DNA of 64,000 nucleotides. It comes from a virus. The DNA lies in IMG/VR virus record IMGVR_UViG_3300017917_001342, positions 247,669 to 311,668 of that record. The stretch is one strand, 5' to 3'. The position numbers and the translations under genes are program-made. Below, piece by piece: positions 11,129-20,195 of the stretch (its first letter is position 1; each line of letters begins with the position of its first letter). Below the pieces are notes generated by a model. It had not been told where the DNA came from and ran no database searches. It saw only the letters and a list, made by a program, of their open reading frames with translations.

Positions 11129-13318
11129 TTATTGTGGTACTTCGTCATCCATACCAGCAGTAAGCATGTTAAACGTATAGGTTGTGTCTACGGCATCAAT
11201 ATAGTCTACCAGTGCTGAAAGTTTTTCTTCGGTCATTGATTTACTGTAATAGCTAATACCGTAGTCAATATGCTTGAGCATGGAATATTTCTTACCGATG
11301 AATTCTGCCAGTATCACACGATCGCTGTTGAATGTGGGTTCTTCAACCTTTACGCTAAAGTATCTGCAAAGATCTGTGATCATTGATGTGTTAGACGATC
11401 GCGAACTGCGAAGATGAATTAGATCGCTGAAGAATTTAATAAAATCGCTGTCTTTGTATTTCAAACGCTGTGATAGCGAATGAAACGAACCACCAGTTAG
11501 ATTGTTGACAACTGAACTACCAATGGTTTTTCCAACTACTGTTTCAATTGCAGTGAGTTCAACGTTCTTAGCAATGCTGTTTAGATATTCTGAGTCTGTC
11601 GACAACCGAACAGCATGCGATTTTAGAAAATGTCCAAGGTGTACCCAATGAGCATTGCCTTTGACATTTTCCAAGTTCTTGCCACGAATACCATAGACTT
11701 TGATATTATTGGGAATCAGCTTCAATGTTTTTGCATGTTCCAAAACACGTTGAACGCCACCAACTGATGACGGGTGTTCACGTGTTACAATCACTTCCCA
11801 CCCGTGCATAGGCAAGTAATAACAAATGTTTGTTTCAGACGCGATCACTTCGCTCGCCGGCGTCCAAGCTTTTTTACCACCGTCGACTTTGCAGTTCATC
11901 AGCCAAACTTCTGGCGGCTTAGTTCGAGTCTTCTTTTCCGGTGCAGCAAGTTCGCTGGTCAGCATATACTTGGGATGACCAAGCAGATTCAAAATAGTGT
12001 TCATGTCATCGTTATGCTTGAACACAACAATGTGATTTTTCAACAGTTTGGCAACATGATATTCTTTGACACGAGTGTGACTACCGCGTTTGGTATCATC
12101 AAACATAATAACAGTGTTTTCGGAACAGTTGATATGCGGTTTAAGTGTTGCGTTTGCTGACTTTTTATCAATTGAAAATACACGGACCCCAAGCGAATCG
12201 TTTGAAATTCGATTAGCTGTTGCCAAATCTGCCAGATTAAGAATAAAGCTTTGGCTTTTGATTACTTCACCGCTGTGAACCGGCTTGTCATAGTCGTTAT
12301 AGATTTTGCTAAACACAGAACCAAGGTCTTTGTCGTTAAACACTGCACCGTAGGCCTTACGTGCTTCCCAACGTGTGGGTTTGGATTCAACTGCATCCCA
12401 CAGTGTGTGTTTGAGATCATTAACAACTGAAATCAAACGATTGACAATGTTTGTGCTAGTGCGAGCATCATAGCCAATGCTTTCACGGCTAGCAGCCACT
12501 TCAAGATCGCCGATGTCAAATTCAATAACCAACGGCAATTCGTTCATAGAATAGATAATGTCGATTTGATCCTGTGCAATAGCAGCCAAATCAATGCTAT
12601 AGACATTGATTGGATATAGCACACCGCCCATCAGTGCCTGGAGAGATTCACCGTTCCAAAACCGCTTGCTCCAGATACGCCATCCTTTACCTGTGTAAGC
12701 AGCCGGTGTCATGAGTACATAGCTGATAGCAGTACCAGTTTGCACAGGCTTTTGATCAAACCATTGCAGAACTTCGACGGCTTTTGCTGCCCAGCGATTG
12801 ATATCGCCGTACTTTACGTTGAATTTAACCGTAACACCGCTGTCGCTGCTAAACCCGCTGCCGACTGTTTCTACTCGCGGTGTATCTGTTGCGTCAAAAT
12901 ACATACGGTATTGAGTTGCAATACCTTTGTGCCGGCTGGTAACAAAAAACTCATTGGTATAGCTGAACGGACTCTTGCTGCCAAGTCCAAGCTGACCTAC
13001 GTAGTCATTGCTAGAAGTTTTGGTGCTGGCGAAATACCGAGTGTAGATAGCATGTACATCTGCGTCGCTCATGCCAGTACCGTAATCAGTGATACTAAAC
13101 CACTGTTCGTCAACAGTTGGCAAATGCATTTCCCAGGGATTTGTGTTTTTAGCTGCAACATGACTGTCGCGAGCATTACAGCTCAGTTCTCGAATCACTG
13201 CGCGAATCTTGTCGCTATACAAGCCGTCGCTAAGAATGCGGAAAGCTTTGCCTGTAGCAGCAATAGTAAATGCATCACCTTTGCCGGCAACGGTTGCAAC
13301 GGTATCATTGATCTTCAT
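11129..13318 (-). CDS. rIIA: rIIA-like protein (729 aa; N-terminal GHKL-type ATPase-like region)
   Basis: N-terminus GKGDAFTIAATGKAFRILSDGLYSDKIRAVIRELSCNARDSH and LGLGSKSPFSY match T4 rIIA ([35 protein letters not shown]..., GFGLGSKSPFSY). The size is the same as T4 rIIA. Confidence 0.85.
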   Translation of the reverse strand: MKINDTVATVAGKGDAFTIAATGKAFRILSDGLYSDKIRAVIRELSCNARDSHVAAKNTNPWEMHLPTVDEQWFSITDYGTGMSDADVHAIYTRYFASTKTSSNDYVGQLGLGSKSPFSYTNEFFVTSRHKGIATQYRMYFDATDTPRVETVGSGFSSDSGVTVKFNVKYGDINRWAAKAVEVLQWFDQKPVQTGTAISYVLMTPAAYTGKGWRIWSKRFWNGESLQALMGGVLYPINVYSIDLAAIAQDQIDIIYSMNELPLVIEFDIGDLEVAASRESIGYDARTSTNIVNRLISVVNDLKHTLWDAVESKPTRWEARKAYGAVFNDKDLGSVFSKIYNDYDKPVHSGEVIKSQSFILNLADLATANRISNDSLGVRVFSIDKKSANATLKPHINCSENTVIMFDDTKRGSHTRVKEYHVAKLLKNHIVVFKHNDDMNTILNLLGHPKYMLTSELAAPEKKTRTKPPEVWLMNCKVDGGKKAWTPASEVIASETNICYYLPMHGWEVIVTREHPSSVGGVQRVLEHAKTLKLIPNNIKVYGIRGKNLENVKGNAHWVHLGHFLKSHAVRLSTDSEYLNSIAKNVELTAIETVVGKTIGSSVVNNLTGGSFHSLSQRLKYKDSDFIKFFSDLIHLRSSRSSNTSMITDLCRYFSVKVEEPTFNSDRVILAEFIGKKYSMLKHIDYGISYYSKSMTEEKLSALVDYIDAVDTTYTFNMLTAGMDDEVPQ

Positions 13319-13335
13319 GGGTATCTCCAGCGATG

Positions 13336-13364
13336 TTATGCCTGTTACATAACATACATTACGT
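13336..13364 (-). promoter_or_regulatory. candidate sigma70-type promoter for rIIA (TTGACA, 17-nt spacer, TATGTA on the minus strand)
   Basis: Perfect -35, 17-nt spacer and a 4/6 -10, about 20 nt upstream of the GGAGA Shine-Dalgarno of rIIA. Confidence 0.35.
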
Positions 13365-13420
13365 TGGTTGTCAACACAAAATCTATATTGTAATCAATTG
13401 ATTTTACTTGAAACTTTAAA

Positions 13421-13990
13421 TTAAAACGGTGGTTTTGTTACTGGTCCGTGCCACACACACTGTTCTTTACTGTTAGCTAAGGTGTTACATTCGGACTGAT
13501 AATAAGTTCTAACATATGCTGCACTACCGCCGGGAAAGTATTGGATAATTCCAATTACATAAAGATACAGCGGCAAGGTGAAAATCGGTGTCCAAAACCA
13601 AAACAAACCTTTTTTCCATCGTGATCCAAACGACATAAATCCAATTGCAGACACAATTGCAATACCAAACATTGCAAACAGTACAAAACCAAAGACTGTA
13701 TCATGTGTTGCAGCACCGTCAAACACCATGTGAATTCCGGTGTCGGTTGAATTAGTTGGTACATAATAATGGCCGGCATTAAACTCTTGTGTATAATTGA
13801 GTTTATAGTGACCAAGTTTCAAATAGATAAGGCCCCAGCCTACCCATAGCCAAATGCCTAGTGCAGCACCTATTGCCTCAGTGATAGTAAGCACTGTTGT
13901 AATAATGACAACAGTAATAATAAATTTCAAAATTGAGTCTAGAGTGCTGTCTTTTTCTTGAGACATGATGCAGTCCTTTTGTTTCGGCAT
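13421..13990 (-). CDS. integral membrane protein (multiple TM helices), 189 aa; start may be a downstream Met
   Basis: Hydrophobic segments IITVVIITTVLTI, LGIWLWVGWGLIYL, VFGFVLFAMFGIAIVSAIGFM, FWFWTPIFTLPLYLYVIGII. Confidence 0.6.
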   Translation of the reverse strand: MPKQKDCIMSQEKDSTLDSILKFIITVVIITTVLTITEAIGAALGIWLWVGWGLIYLKLGHYKLNYTQEFNAGHYYVPTNSTDTGIHMVFDGAATHDTVFGFVLFAMFGIAIVSAIGFMSFGSRWKKGLFWFWTPIFTLPLYLYVIGIIQYFPGGSAAYVRTYYQSECNTLANSKEQCVWHGPVTKPPF

Positions 13991-14027
13991 ACATCACATA
14001 GCACCAAGCTAAGAAGCTGTCAAGGTG

Positions 14028-14315
14028 TTATTGGTATTCTTCCCAACATTGTTGTTGTTGACCTGCGTAGTAGCCCCACTGATCATATACAGCAACCCAT
14101 CTGCAAACAGTGATTATGCGATATGTTCGAACTGGGGGCTCATAGTAACGCGGTGCTGGCTGGTACCGCGGTTGCTGACTCAGTGCATTGCCGATAATGA
14201 TACCACTAACCAGAGGTAGTACCCAATCATTTCGATGATTATGATTGCCGCCGTCTGCCTGTGCAGCAGTTGCAATACTCAATGCAATTAACAGTGATGT
14301 AATAAATCTACGCAT
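14028..14315 (-). CDS. secreted/periplasmic small protein with signal peptide (MRRFITSLLIALSIATAAQA), Gln/Pro/Tyr-rich
   Basis: Canonical n-h-c signal peptide with an AQA cleavage site. Confidence 0.6.
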   Translation of the reverse strand: MRRFITSLLIALSIATAAQADGGNHNHRNDWVLPLVSGIIIGNALSQQPRYQPAPRYYEPPVRTYRIITVCRWVAVYDQWGYYAGQQQQCWEEYQ

Positions 14316-14334
14316 GATAGTTCCTTTATTGTAA

Positions 14335-14712
14335 TTAGTCTTGATTGCGGTTTAGGTGACTTAGCCATACCATTTCAAAAAGCATTCTGTCATCGTTAGT
14401 TAGTTTGACAAAAAATTTACCAAATGATTCATTAGCTTCGCCGTTTTCGGAGTGTCTATATTTCCAATCCGTTGCATTGTCAAGACAACCACCCGCTATC
14501 AACTGATGTGTTTCTTTACAAAATATAAAATTTCTAGTGCAATTATGGCATAACCATGTGTCCATAGCATACTCTTCATCTTGAGACCAATTTTGGTCAA
14601 ATGTGTATTGTATGTCAAATAGACCAATAATCCTGTGATCAGTTGTAACACCGGGATATTCTGTTATGAAAAATGGGAACAGTTTTTCGTTACTCATTGC
14701 ACTTACCCCCAA
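14335..14712 (-). CDS. W-tail small-protein family member (WLCHNC ... NDDRMLFEMVWL)
   Basis: Shares the bipartite motif with its neighbours. First gene of the tandem array. Confidence 0.6.
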   Translation of the reverse strand: MGVSAMSNEKLFPFFITEYPGVTTDHRIIGLFDIQYTFDQNWSQDEEYAMDTWLCHNCTRNFIFCKETHQLIAGGCLDNATDWKYRHSENGEANESFGKFFVKLTNDDRMLFEMVWLSHLNRNQD

Positions 14713-14978
14713 GTTAATTTGAACAGTGCTGCATCATCTTTGTCGTAGATACCTATATAAAATGCAGGATCACCAGAGTTTAGTCTAAACTCGCAATATG
14801 ACGGTTCTTTGATATTTTCATCAAACCATGCTTGTAATGCATCTAGTTCTTTGTTAGTGCAATGCCTAGCATATATGATACAGTTCCACGATGGATCCCT
14901 TGCCTCGGTCCATTGGTTAATAGCCGACATGTAGTGCGGTTTACCATCGTCGTATCTGTATTCCCATTTCATAGTCAA
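14703..14978 (-). CDS. W-tail family member (AWFDENI ... DDAALFKLTWG)
   Basis: C-terminal FKLTWG end. Overlaps its neighbours by ATGA or a few nt. Confidence 0.65.
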   Translation of the reverse strand: MTMKWEYRYDDGKPHYMSAINQWTEARDPSWNCIIYARHCTNKELDALQAWFDENIKEPSYCEFRLNSGDPAFYIGIYDKDDAALFKLTWG

Positions 14979-15388
14979 TCTCGTGTTAGCCTATAGTGCA
15001 TCCATGCGCTGTTGAGTTCGTCTATCAGTGCAATACCATCGTCGTCACATTCTAAAGTACAGCGTTCTAGTTTGAAACTGCTGCCTATTTGTTTAGATAT
15101 AGTTTCCCTAAACTGTATTACATAGCTGGTATAATTTTCTAACGTGTTGTCACTTAGCATTTCAGTCAACCAGTCCGGGTAATAGGTAGTAGACATTTGA
15201 TCACCACGTGATGTGTTCGACTGCCATTTTAATGTTATAGGGTTTTGTATCGCAGCAGATTCAAAAGCCAGTATGGGTATAAAATACTGCAACCACAGTT
15301 GATTAACGTCTGCTGACCATTTGATCCACGGCTTACCTTCGCCGACTGCATGTAATCTAAAAGGACCTACTTGATCAATCACGGACAT
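14975..15388 (-). CDS. W-tail family member, variant tail (DWLTEMLSDN ... AWMHYRLTRD)
   Basis: EYRLTW-type ending. 4-nt overlap with the downstream gene. Confidence 0.6.
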   Translation of the reverse strand: MSVIDQVGPFRLHAVGEGKPWIKWSADVNQLWLQYFIPILAFESAAIQNPITLKWQSNTSRGDQMSTTYYPDWLTEMLSDNTLENYTSYVIQFRETISKQIGSSFKLERCTLECDDDGIALIDELNSAWMHYRLTRD

Positions 15389-15629
15389 TGTTATTCCACA
15401 CTAGTTTGAACATGAACACATCGTTATTGTCGATGAATTCTATGTTGGTTTGATTTTTTAATATACCAGTTTCGCTACCTGGTTCCACTTCTATTAGCGT
15501 AGATCTAAGTGTCCATCGCTGCGGTTCCGGTAACGGTGGATTTGGCATCATAGCATCTAACCACTCGCCTATTTCACCTAGAGGTATAGTGCCGCCTAGT
15601 TTTACAACTTTTATATCTGTCATGCCCAC
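15375..15629 (-). CDS. W-tail family member (EWLDAMMPN ... NDVFMFKLVWN)
   Basis: Motif match. Confidence 0.65.
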   Translation of the reverse strand: MGMTDIKVVKLGGTIPLGEIGEWLDAMMPNPPLPEPQRWTLRSTLIEVEPGSETGILKNQTNIEFIDNNDVFMFKLVWNNNVRD

Positions 15630-16030
15630 CTCATTAAAAATGCCATTGCATCAGCACGACTGCGAAATCTAAATTCGCCATGCAATTCACTAACAACTGT
15701 GAGATTGTGCGGCTTAGTTAAACGATAGGTCTTAACAGTGCAGTTTACCCACACTGTTTTTTTAAAATTAGGTATGTTGTCTTTGATCCATTCATACCTA
15801 TCTCTATAATCGTTAACGTATTTGATACCAACAGTTTCAGTCTTAACTGCATGCCGATTAAAAATTAAACTATACGTGTATCTCAACGGCCTGAATAGCC
15901 GATGTAACGCAGATGGTGCATTAGCCAGTGATGTCACGATAGTCGAAATTTTCATCATACTTTTCCCAGGTGTTGTTTTCGTAGTCCCAGTGTCGGTTAT
16001 CATGAAAGTCGATGACCAATCCATACCCAA
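15620..16030 (-). CDS. W-tail family member (EWIKDNIPN ... ADAMAFLMRWA); true start probably an internal Met (MKIST...)
   Basis: Motif match. The 5' part overlaps the upstream ORF. Confidence 0.55.
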   Translation of the reverse strand: MGMDWSSTFMITDTGTTKTTPGKSMMKISTIVTSLANAPSALHRLFRPLRYTYSLIFNRHAVKTETVGIKYVNDYRDRYEWIKDNIPNFKKTVWVNCTVKTYRLTKPHNLTVVSELHGEFRFRSRADAMAFLMRWA

Positions 16031-16244
16031 GAATATCTAGATGCAGTCTAACACCGGCATGGTCTTGACCTCTAATAGCAGTGTCAAGAGTGATAGCAAA
16101 CAGATCTGTCATTTGACCCCAGCGGCTAAATTGAACCTCTAGGTATTTGTGACCAAACAGATGTTTGTTGTAAACTATGTAATCTTTTTGTGGTTTGGGT
16201 TTTGATTTAAAATAGTTGATTATGGAGAAATGGATGTGAAACAT
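15921..16244 (-). CDS. hypothetical 107-aa protein embedded in the array (no W-tail motif)
   Basis: ORF only. Overlaps its neighbour. Confidence 0.4.
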   Translation of the reverse strand: MFHIHFSIINYFKSKPKPQKDYIVYNKHLFGHKYLEVQFSRWGQMTDLFAITLDTAIRGQDHAGVRLHLDILGYGLVIDFHDNRHWDYENNTWEKYDENFDYRDITG

Positions 16245-16293
16245 GATAGCCGGCCATTATGCTGAATGTTTATTGAGTGTACAGTACGGGTTC

Positions 16294-16614
16294 TTATACG
16301 TCAAGTTTTATAGTAGTTGCGGGCCAATTCATACGAAACCACATTATGTCTTCTTGATTTTCAAACAGTACAAACCAATGGTCGCTAGGTGATGTTCTCA
16401 CTGTGCTCATAAACCATCGCTTTGGCAAATTTTCAAGTGACAGGTCTTTTAGATCTGGTAAGTACCCAAGATTGGTTTCGCACCATTCAAATACATCATC
16501 TACATCACCTTGCGGTATGTTTAACAAGTGCCAACCGTTGTCTAACAATCGGTGCATTATTTTTTGTCGTAGCTGTATCAATGTGCCTATTCCCATTAGT
16601 CTACCTGATACCAT
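16294..16614 (-). CDS. W-tail family member (EWCETNLGY ... EDIMWFRMNW)
   Basis: Motif match. Confidence 0.65.
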   Translation of the reverse strand: MVSGRLMGIGTLIQLRQKIMHRLLDNGWHLLNIPQGDVDDVFEWCETNLGYLPDLKDLSLENLPKRWFMSTVRTSPSDHWFVLFENQEDIMWFRMNWPATTIKLDV

Positions 16615-17018
16615 CCCAGTTCATACAGGTCTGAACGAATTTCGTCTGTGACTGTGCCTAGTTCCACTGTGTTGTTGTCGTTCATATAGAAGTCAAGATA
16701 ACCTCCATATTCTCGCATATCTGCAACAACACCACCGGCATAGCGCCAGCTACAACACCAAGTGTCGTTTTTCAAAATTGTTAACATATCTCTGCGTTGC
16801 CAAGTAGTATTACACAATGCTGCATAGAGATTCTGTGCATAGACATCATTCTTGACTTTTTCGCAAAGCGTATCGCTGGTACGCAGGTCGTACTCGAGAT
16901 TATTCTCTTGCCATTCTGGATCAGTTTCGCGTTTACGAGTTGCTAAATTGATTTCCTTGTATATTTCAGTCAGCACATCGTATCGCTGTTCACTTGTGCG
17001 CAACTTGGTCATTTCCAT
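16596..17018 (-). CDS. hypothetical 140-aa protein in the array (divergent, Cys/Trp-containing)
   Basis: ORF. Overlaps neighbours by about 10-20 nt. Confidence 0.5.
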   Translation of the reverse strand: MEMTKLRTSEQRYDVLTEIYKEINLATRKRETDPEWQENNLEYDLRTSDTLCEKVKNDVYAQNLYAALCNTTWQRRDMLTILKNDTWCCSWRYAGGVVADMREYGGYLDFYMNDNNTVELGTVTDEIRSDLYELGWYQVD

Positions 17019-17257
17019 GTTAACCTATATTCAACCCAGGTAGGTTCATCCATAAATGCAATTATAACATCTACATACGAATAAGTTGTAGCTTCTGCGT
17101 AATGTTCGAATTCAATTTTACACCCACGGTCTTCTAGCCATTCTATTATATCTAGATACGGGCCGTATATTTCCTGCATCTTAGGTATGGTTAGATACTC
17201 GTGCTTATCTCGTGTAATTTTACCTATGTTTACTCGTATCAATGTGTTCATGACCAT
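17009..17257 (-). CDS. W-tail family member (EWLEDRGC ... PTWVEYRLTWK)
   Basis: Motif match. Confidence 0.65.
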   Translation of the reverse strand: MVMNTLIRVNIGKITRDKHEYLTIPKMQEIYGPYLDIIEWLEDRGCKIEFEHYAEATTYSYVDVIIAFMDEPTWVEYRLTWK

Positions 17258-17496
17258 GTTAATGTAAACAGTGCAAAATCTTCACGGTGTTTAAAATAAA
17301 AGTTAGAACCATCTTCCATCCAACGTATGGTTTTTGCCTTAGCAGTCATACTGGAGTAGTATTCTTTTTTACTCGAACCTTCTATACCAAAGTGTTCGTT
17401 GCACCAAGCAAGTACTATACTGTATGGAGTATCTAACCGTTTAAAGCTAGCTACATAAAAAGAAACACCTGCAAAAATTGTTACAGTCTCGGCCAT
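17248..17496 (-). CDS. W-tail family member (AWCNEHFG ... EDFALFTLTWS)
   Basis: Motif match. Confidence 0.65.
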   Translation of the reverse strand: MAETVTIFAGVSFYVASFKRLDTPYSIVLAWCNEHFGIEGSSKKEYYSSMTAKAKTIRWMEDGSNFYFKHREDFALFTLTWS

Positions 17497-17735
17497 CCGG
17501 TTAGATCTTCTGCACTTAGTATTATAAGCATAAGCTCTTCTTGACTAATGTCATTATCTTTACGACGATAGCTGCGATCTTTAACCCACTTTTTGTTATT
17601 GCCTTCAATTGTCAATACATAATCGCATTTTTGCATTAGTTTATGATCGTTATCACCAAATATCACGTACTTTGGTAAGTCGTAGTATTCAGCTACATGA
17701 TCGTTTAAGATACCATAAAACTTTGTCATAGCCAC
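17481..17735 (-). CDS. hypothetical 84-aa protein in the array (track uses a GTG start; ATG at 17727-17729 is likelier)
   Basis: ORF. Its ATG overlaps the upstream stop as ATGA. Confidence 0.5.
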   Translation of the reverse strand: MAMTKFYGILNDHVAEYYDLPKYVIFGDNDHKLMQKCDYVLTIEGNNKKWVKDRSYRRKDNDISQEELMLIILSAEDLTGWPRL

Positions 17736-17887
17736 CTCAATCTAAAAAACGTCCATGCTGCGTCTGTGTAAAACATAATAGTTTCCCAACCATTGTAAGA
17801 CCAATCCGCTGGCTCTAAACTGTTGTCGCACCAAGATATAATTGTATACATAGGTGCTGCACCGTTGTATTGCCATTCAACTGTCAT
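17726..17887 (-). CDS. unannotated 53-aa W-tail family member (MTVEWQYNGAAPMYTIISWCDNSLEPADWSYNGWETIMFYTDAAWTFFRLRWL)
   Basis: Found by translating the gap. Has both motifs (SWCDNS, FFRLRWL). ATGA overlaps at both ends. Confidence 0.6.
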   Translation of the reverse strand: MTVEWQYNGAAPMYTIISWCDNSLEPADWSYNGWETIMFYTDAAWTFFRLRWL

Positions 17888-18270
17888 TGCCAACACATTT
17901 TAAATGCCAGTGCGTCTTCATTATTTGCAAACCAAAAATCTGTATGACTGCATACCCAACTGCCGTTTTTAAGATTGTCGTAACACCAATCGAGTGCCTG
18001 CGAATACAAATCGTCTCGTCTACTTACTTTAACGTGCAAATATCCGAGACTCGTTAGATATTCTGGATGATGGTAAACACGACGATTATATACTCGCAAG
18101 AAATATCTGTAATGGTCTTTGGTAAGTTTAACACGCCCGCGCCAGCCATTTTTTAACCCAAAAATACCAGCTGCTGGCCCAACCATTGGTTGAACACCTA
18201 TAATTTCATGTGCAATGAGTGTTGGTAAAACACGGCGAATTATTGGTAACAGTACAGAGTTCATTCCCAC
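17884..18270 (-). CDS. W-tail family member (DWCYDNLKNG ... EDALAFKMCWQ)
   Basis: Motif match. Confidence 0.65.
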   Translation of the reverse strand: MGMNSVLLPIIRRVLPTLIAHEIIGVQPMVGPAAGIFGLKNGWRGRVKLTKDHYRYFLRVYNRRVYHHPEYLTSLGYLHVKVSRRDDLYSQALDWCYDNLKNGSWVCSHTDFWFANNEDALAFKMCWQ

Positions 18271-18497
18271 CTCAGAATCATATACATGCGATCTTCTTCA
18301 TGCAAGAAGTTAAACTGTAGATCATTGGCATACCATCTACGTGGCGGAATAGTATCGCAGAGACTTGGATCGCCGAACTGTTCAACTGCCCAGAGGTACA
18401 TAGCTTTCCATTTCTCTTTGCGTTTGCTGTACAGGCCCAAATCCGGCCTATACCGATAGTACGTATCGCCGTGCCTCTGAATTTCACCCGTTTGCAT
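18261..18497 (-). CDS. W-tail family member (LWAVEQFGD ... EDRMYMILRWE)
   Basis: Motif match. Confidence 0.65.
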   Translation of the reverse strand: MQTGEIQRHGDTYYRYRPDLGLYSKRKEKWKAMYLWAVEQFGDPSLCDTIPPRRWYANDLQFNFLHEEDRMYMILRWE

Positions 18498-18498
18498 T

Positions 18499-18759
18499 TT
18501 ATAGCCATATCAGTTTAAACAACACTACATCTTCGTCAAGTTCAAGTCGCACAAATCCCATACCAACCCAATAGCGACCGTGGCAGTTGAGTTCACACCA
18601 GTCAAACAGTCTAGCACGAGTCTCTTCTCTCAAAACTTTGCCATTGTCAATGGGATCTCGAATGAAGATCTGTGTACCAAGGGATTGATCAAACAGCAGT
18701 TTCTCCTTTGTAACAGTAGGTTCAACTGTGAGCAATCTTTTACTGTCAGTGTTTGTCAT
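18499..18759 (-). CDS. W-tail family member (DWCELNCHG ... EDVVLFKLIWL)
   Basis: Motif match. Confidence 0.65.
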   Translation of the reverse strand: MTNTDSKRLLTVEPTVTKEKLLFDQSLGTQIFIRDPIDNGKVLREETRARLFDWCELNCHGRYWVGMGFVRLELDEDVVLFKLIWL

Positions 18760-18998
18760 TTAGACCACGTTAATGTAAATGCCAGTCGCTGTTCTTCTGT
18801 AACCCAATCCTCAAATTCGACCCAGAACGTAGTGCGACGACGAGCTCTAAAATTGAAATTGTTAGCAATTACCCAACCATTTCCGGCCATTCTACTTCTA
18901 GCTGTGCCTATGTTGGTGTCTAACCATGCAATTAACTCGTCTTTGTCGCAATCGTTATTAAAGATATATTTGATCATCCCCAACGCATCCTGAACCAC
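18756..18998 (-). CDS. W-tail family member (AWLDTNIG ... EEQRLAFTLTWSK)
   Basis: Motif match. Confidence 0.65.
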   Translation of the reverse strand: MVQDALGMIKYIFNNDCDKDELIAWLDTNIGTARSRMAGNGWVIANNFNFRARRRTTFWVEFEDWVTEEQRLAFTLTWSK

Positions 18999-19198
18999 AG
19001 TGTGTCATCAGCTGATTCAAAGCAGAATTCATTGTGATTTCGCGGCCATGCACTGATTGTACGAACATAGTATTGACCTAACATTTCATTGTCAACCCAA
19101 TCTAAAACAGCAGTTAGCTCTGTTCTTGAACTCAGTGTAATTCTAACTGCGTTCCAATCTGCAATGTTGTCAGGCGGTAGAATTACACGTTTAGCCAT
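18974..19198 (-). CDS. W-tail family member (DWVDNEMLG ... DDTLWFRMRWG)
   Basis: Motif match. Confidence 0.65.
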   Translation of the reverse strand: MAKRVILPPDNIADWNAVRITLSSRTELTAVLDWVDNEMLGQYYVRTISAWPRNHNEFCFESADDTLWFRMRWG

Positions 19199-19201
19199 AG
19201 C

Positions 19202-19573
19202 TTACCAAGTTCTGTGTTGTTCTCGGATTGTTTCAATGCCATCATATTCGTCAATGTACCATTTGACATCATCTGGCACATCTGCAATACGCAGTTCTGC
19301 GTAATTGCCGCCCGCAGCAGCGCCTAGTTCTTCAACAGTTTGAACCAATGCAGGATCATCGCGATCAATATCGTAATAGGAGAAATAACGCTCATCTTCA
19401 TCGGCAATATCGGCACGTTCCCAATGCGCACTGTGGTATTCCCATTCCTCTTTACCATACTGAGTCTGAGGTACCCAGATCAGTTCAATGCCTTTGATTT
19501 CGGCATAGCGTTTGACAGCAGCATCGCTGAGTCCAAAACCGCCAAAGCAGGAGTTTACAACAATTTTAGGCAT
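19202..19573 (-). CDS. hypothetical acidic 123-aa protein
   Basis: ORF with tight spacing. Confidence 0.55.
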   Translation of the reverse strand: MPKIVVNSCFGGFGLSDAAVKRYAEIKGIELIWVPQTQYGKEEWEYHSAHWERADIADEDERYFSYYDIDRDDPALVQTVEELGAAAGGNYAELRIADVPDDVKWYIDEYDGIETIREQHRTW

Positions 19574-19585
19574 AGATACGTCCTT

Positions 19586-19975
19586 TCAAAGTTTTCTAAA
19601 ATCAACACGTTCGCTGTAGTAGCCATTGCTAGTACCATACCAACGCAGATGCACACCACCTTTGATAGTGTGCAGTTTGTAATAGGTCCAAGTGTAGCTT
19701 TCGTCGTATTCGTTGCGAGGACCGTCGTGCTTTATCTGATGTTCAAGATTAGTAACTTCATCTGCAATCAGTATCGGCGAACCAACAAGATCGTCAAAAT
19801 CACCGTTGTAATCTTCAAGCCATACAGATTCGCAGCAGCTTTGATCGTGGTACAACTGATAACGGTCACCGTCAACAGTTTCAAATTCGAGAATTTCTCG
19901 ATCACTAGACAGTTCAACTCGTGACAAAGTTTTACCTACTAATTCGGAAATGTTGTGTTCGTCGTACCAGCCCAT
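19586..19975 (-). CDS. hypothetical protein (~130 aa; track start 20053, likelier start 19975 after AAGGA)
   Basis: An internal ATG with a Shine-Dalgarno removes the overlap with the upstream gene. Confidence 0.5.
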   Translation of the reverse strand: MGWYDEHNISELVGKTLSRVELSSDREILEFETVDGDRYQLYHDQSCCESVWLEDYNGDFDDLVGSPILIADEVTNLEHQIKHDGPRNEYDESYTWTYYKLHTIKGGVHLRWYGTSNGYYSERVDFRKL

Positions 19976-19985
19976 GATTATTCCT

Positions 19986-20195
19986 TTACCAACTGTCGTA
20001 ATCTGTAAAATCTTTCCATACACCAGACCCTTCATCTGTTTCTGCAAATGCAATAACAGTCTGTCCGATGTTTGTCTGTGTGACTTTTATTTCTATAGGA
20101 ATGTTTCGAGGCCCGAGCGTATCAGCCCAGGCCGCCAAACGTCTAATGTCTTCAAGTCGCAATTTAACACTAGTATCTGTCATAGTCAATCCCAC
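19986..20195 (-). CDS. hypothetical 69-aa protein, C-terminal ...DYDSW
   Basis: ORF. Confidence 0.45.
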   Translation of the reverse strand: MGLTMTDTSVKLRLEDIRRLAAWADTLGPRNIPIEIKVTQTNIGQTVIAFAETDEGSGVWKDFTDYDSW

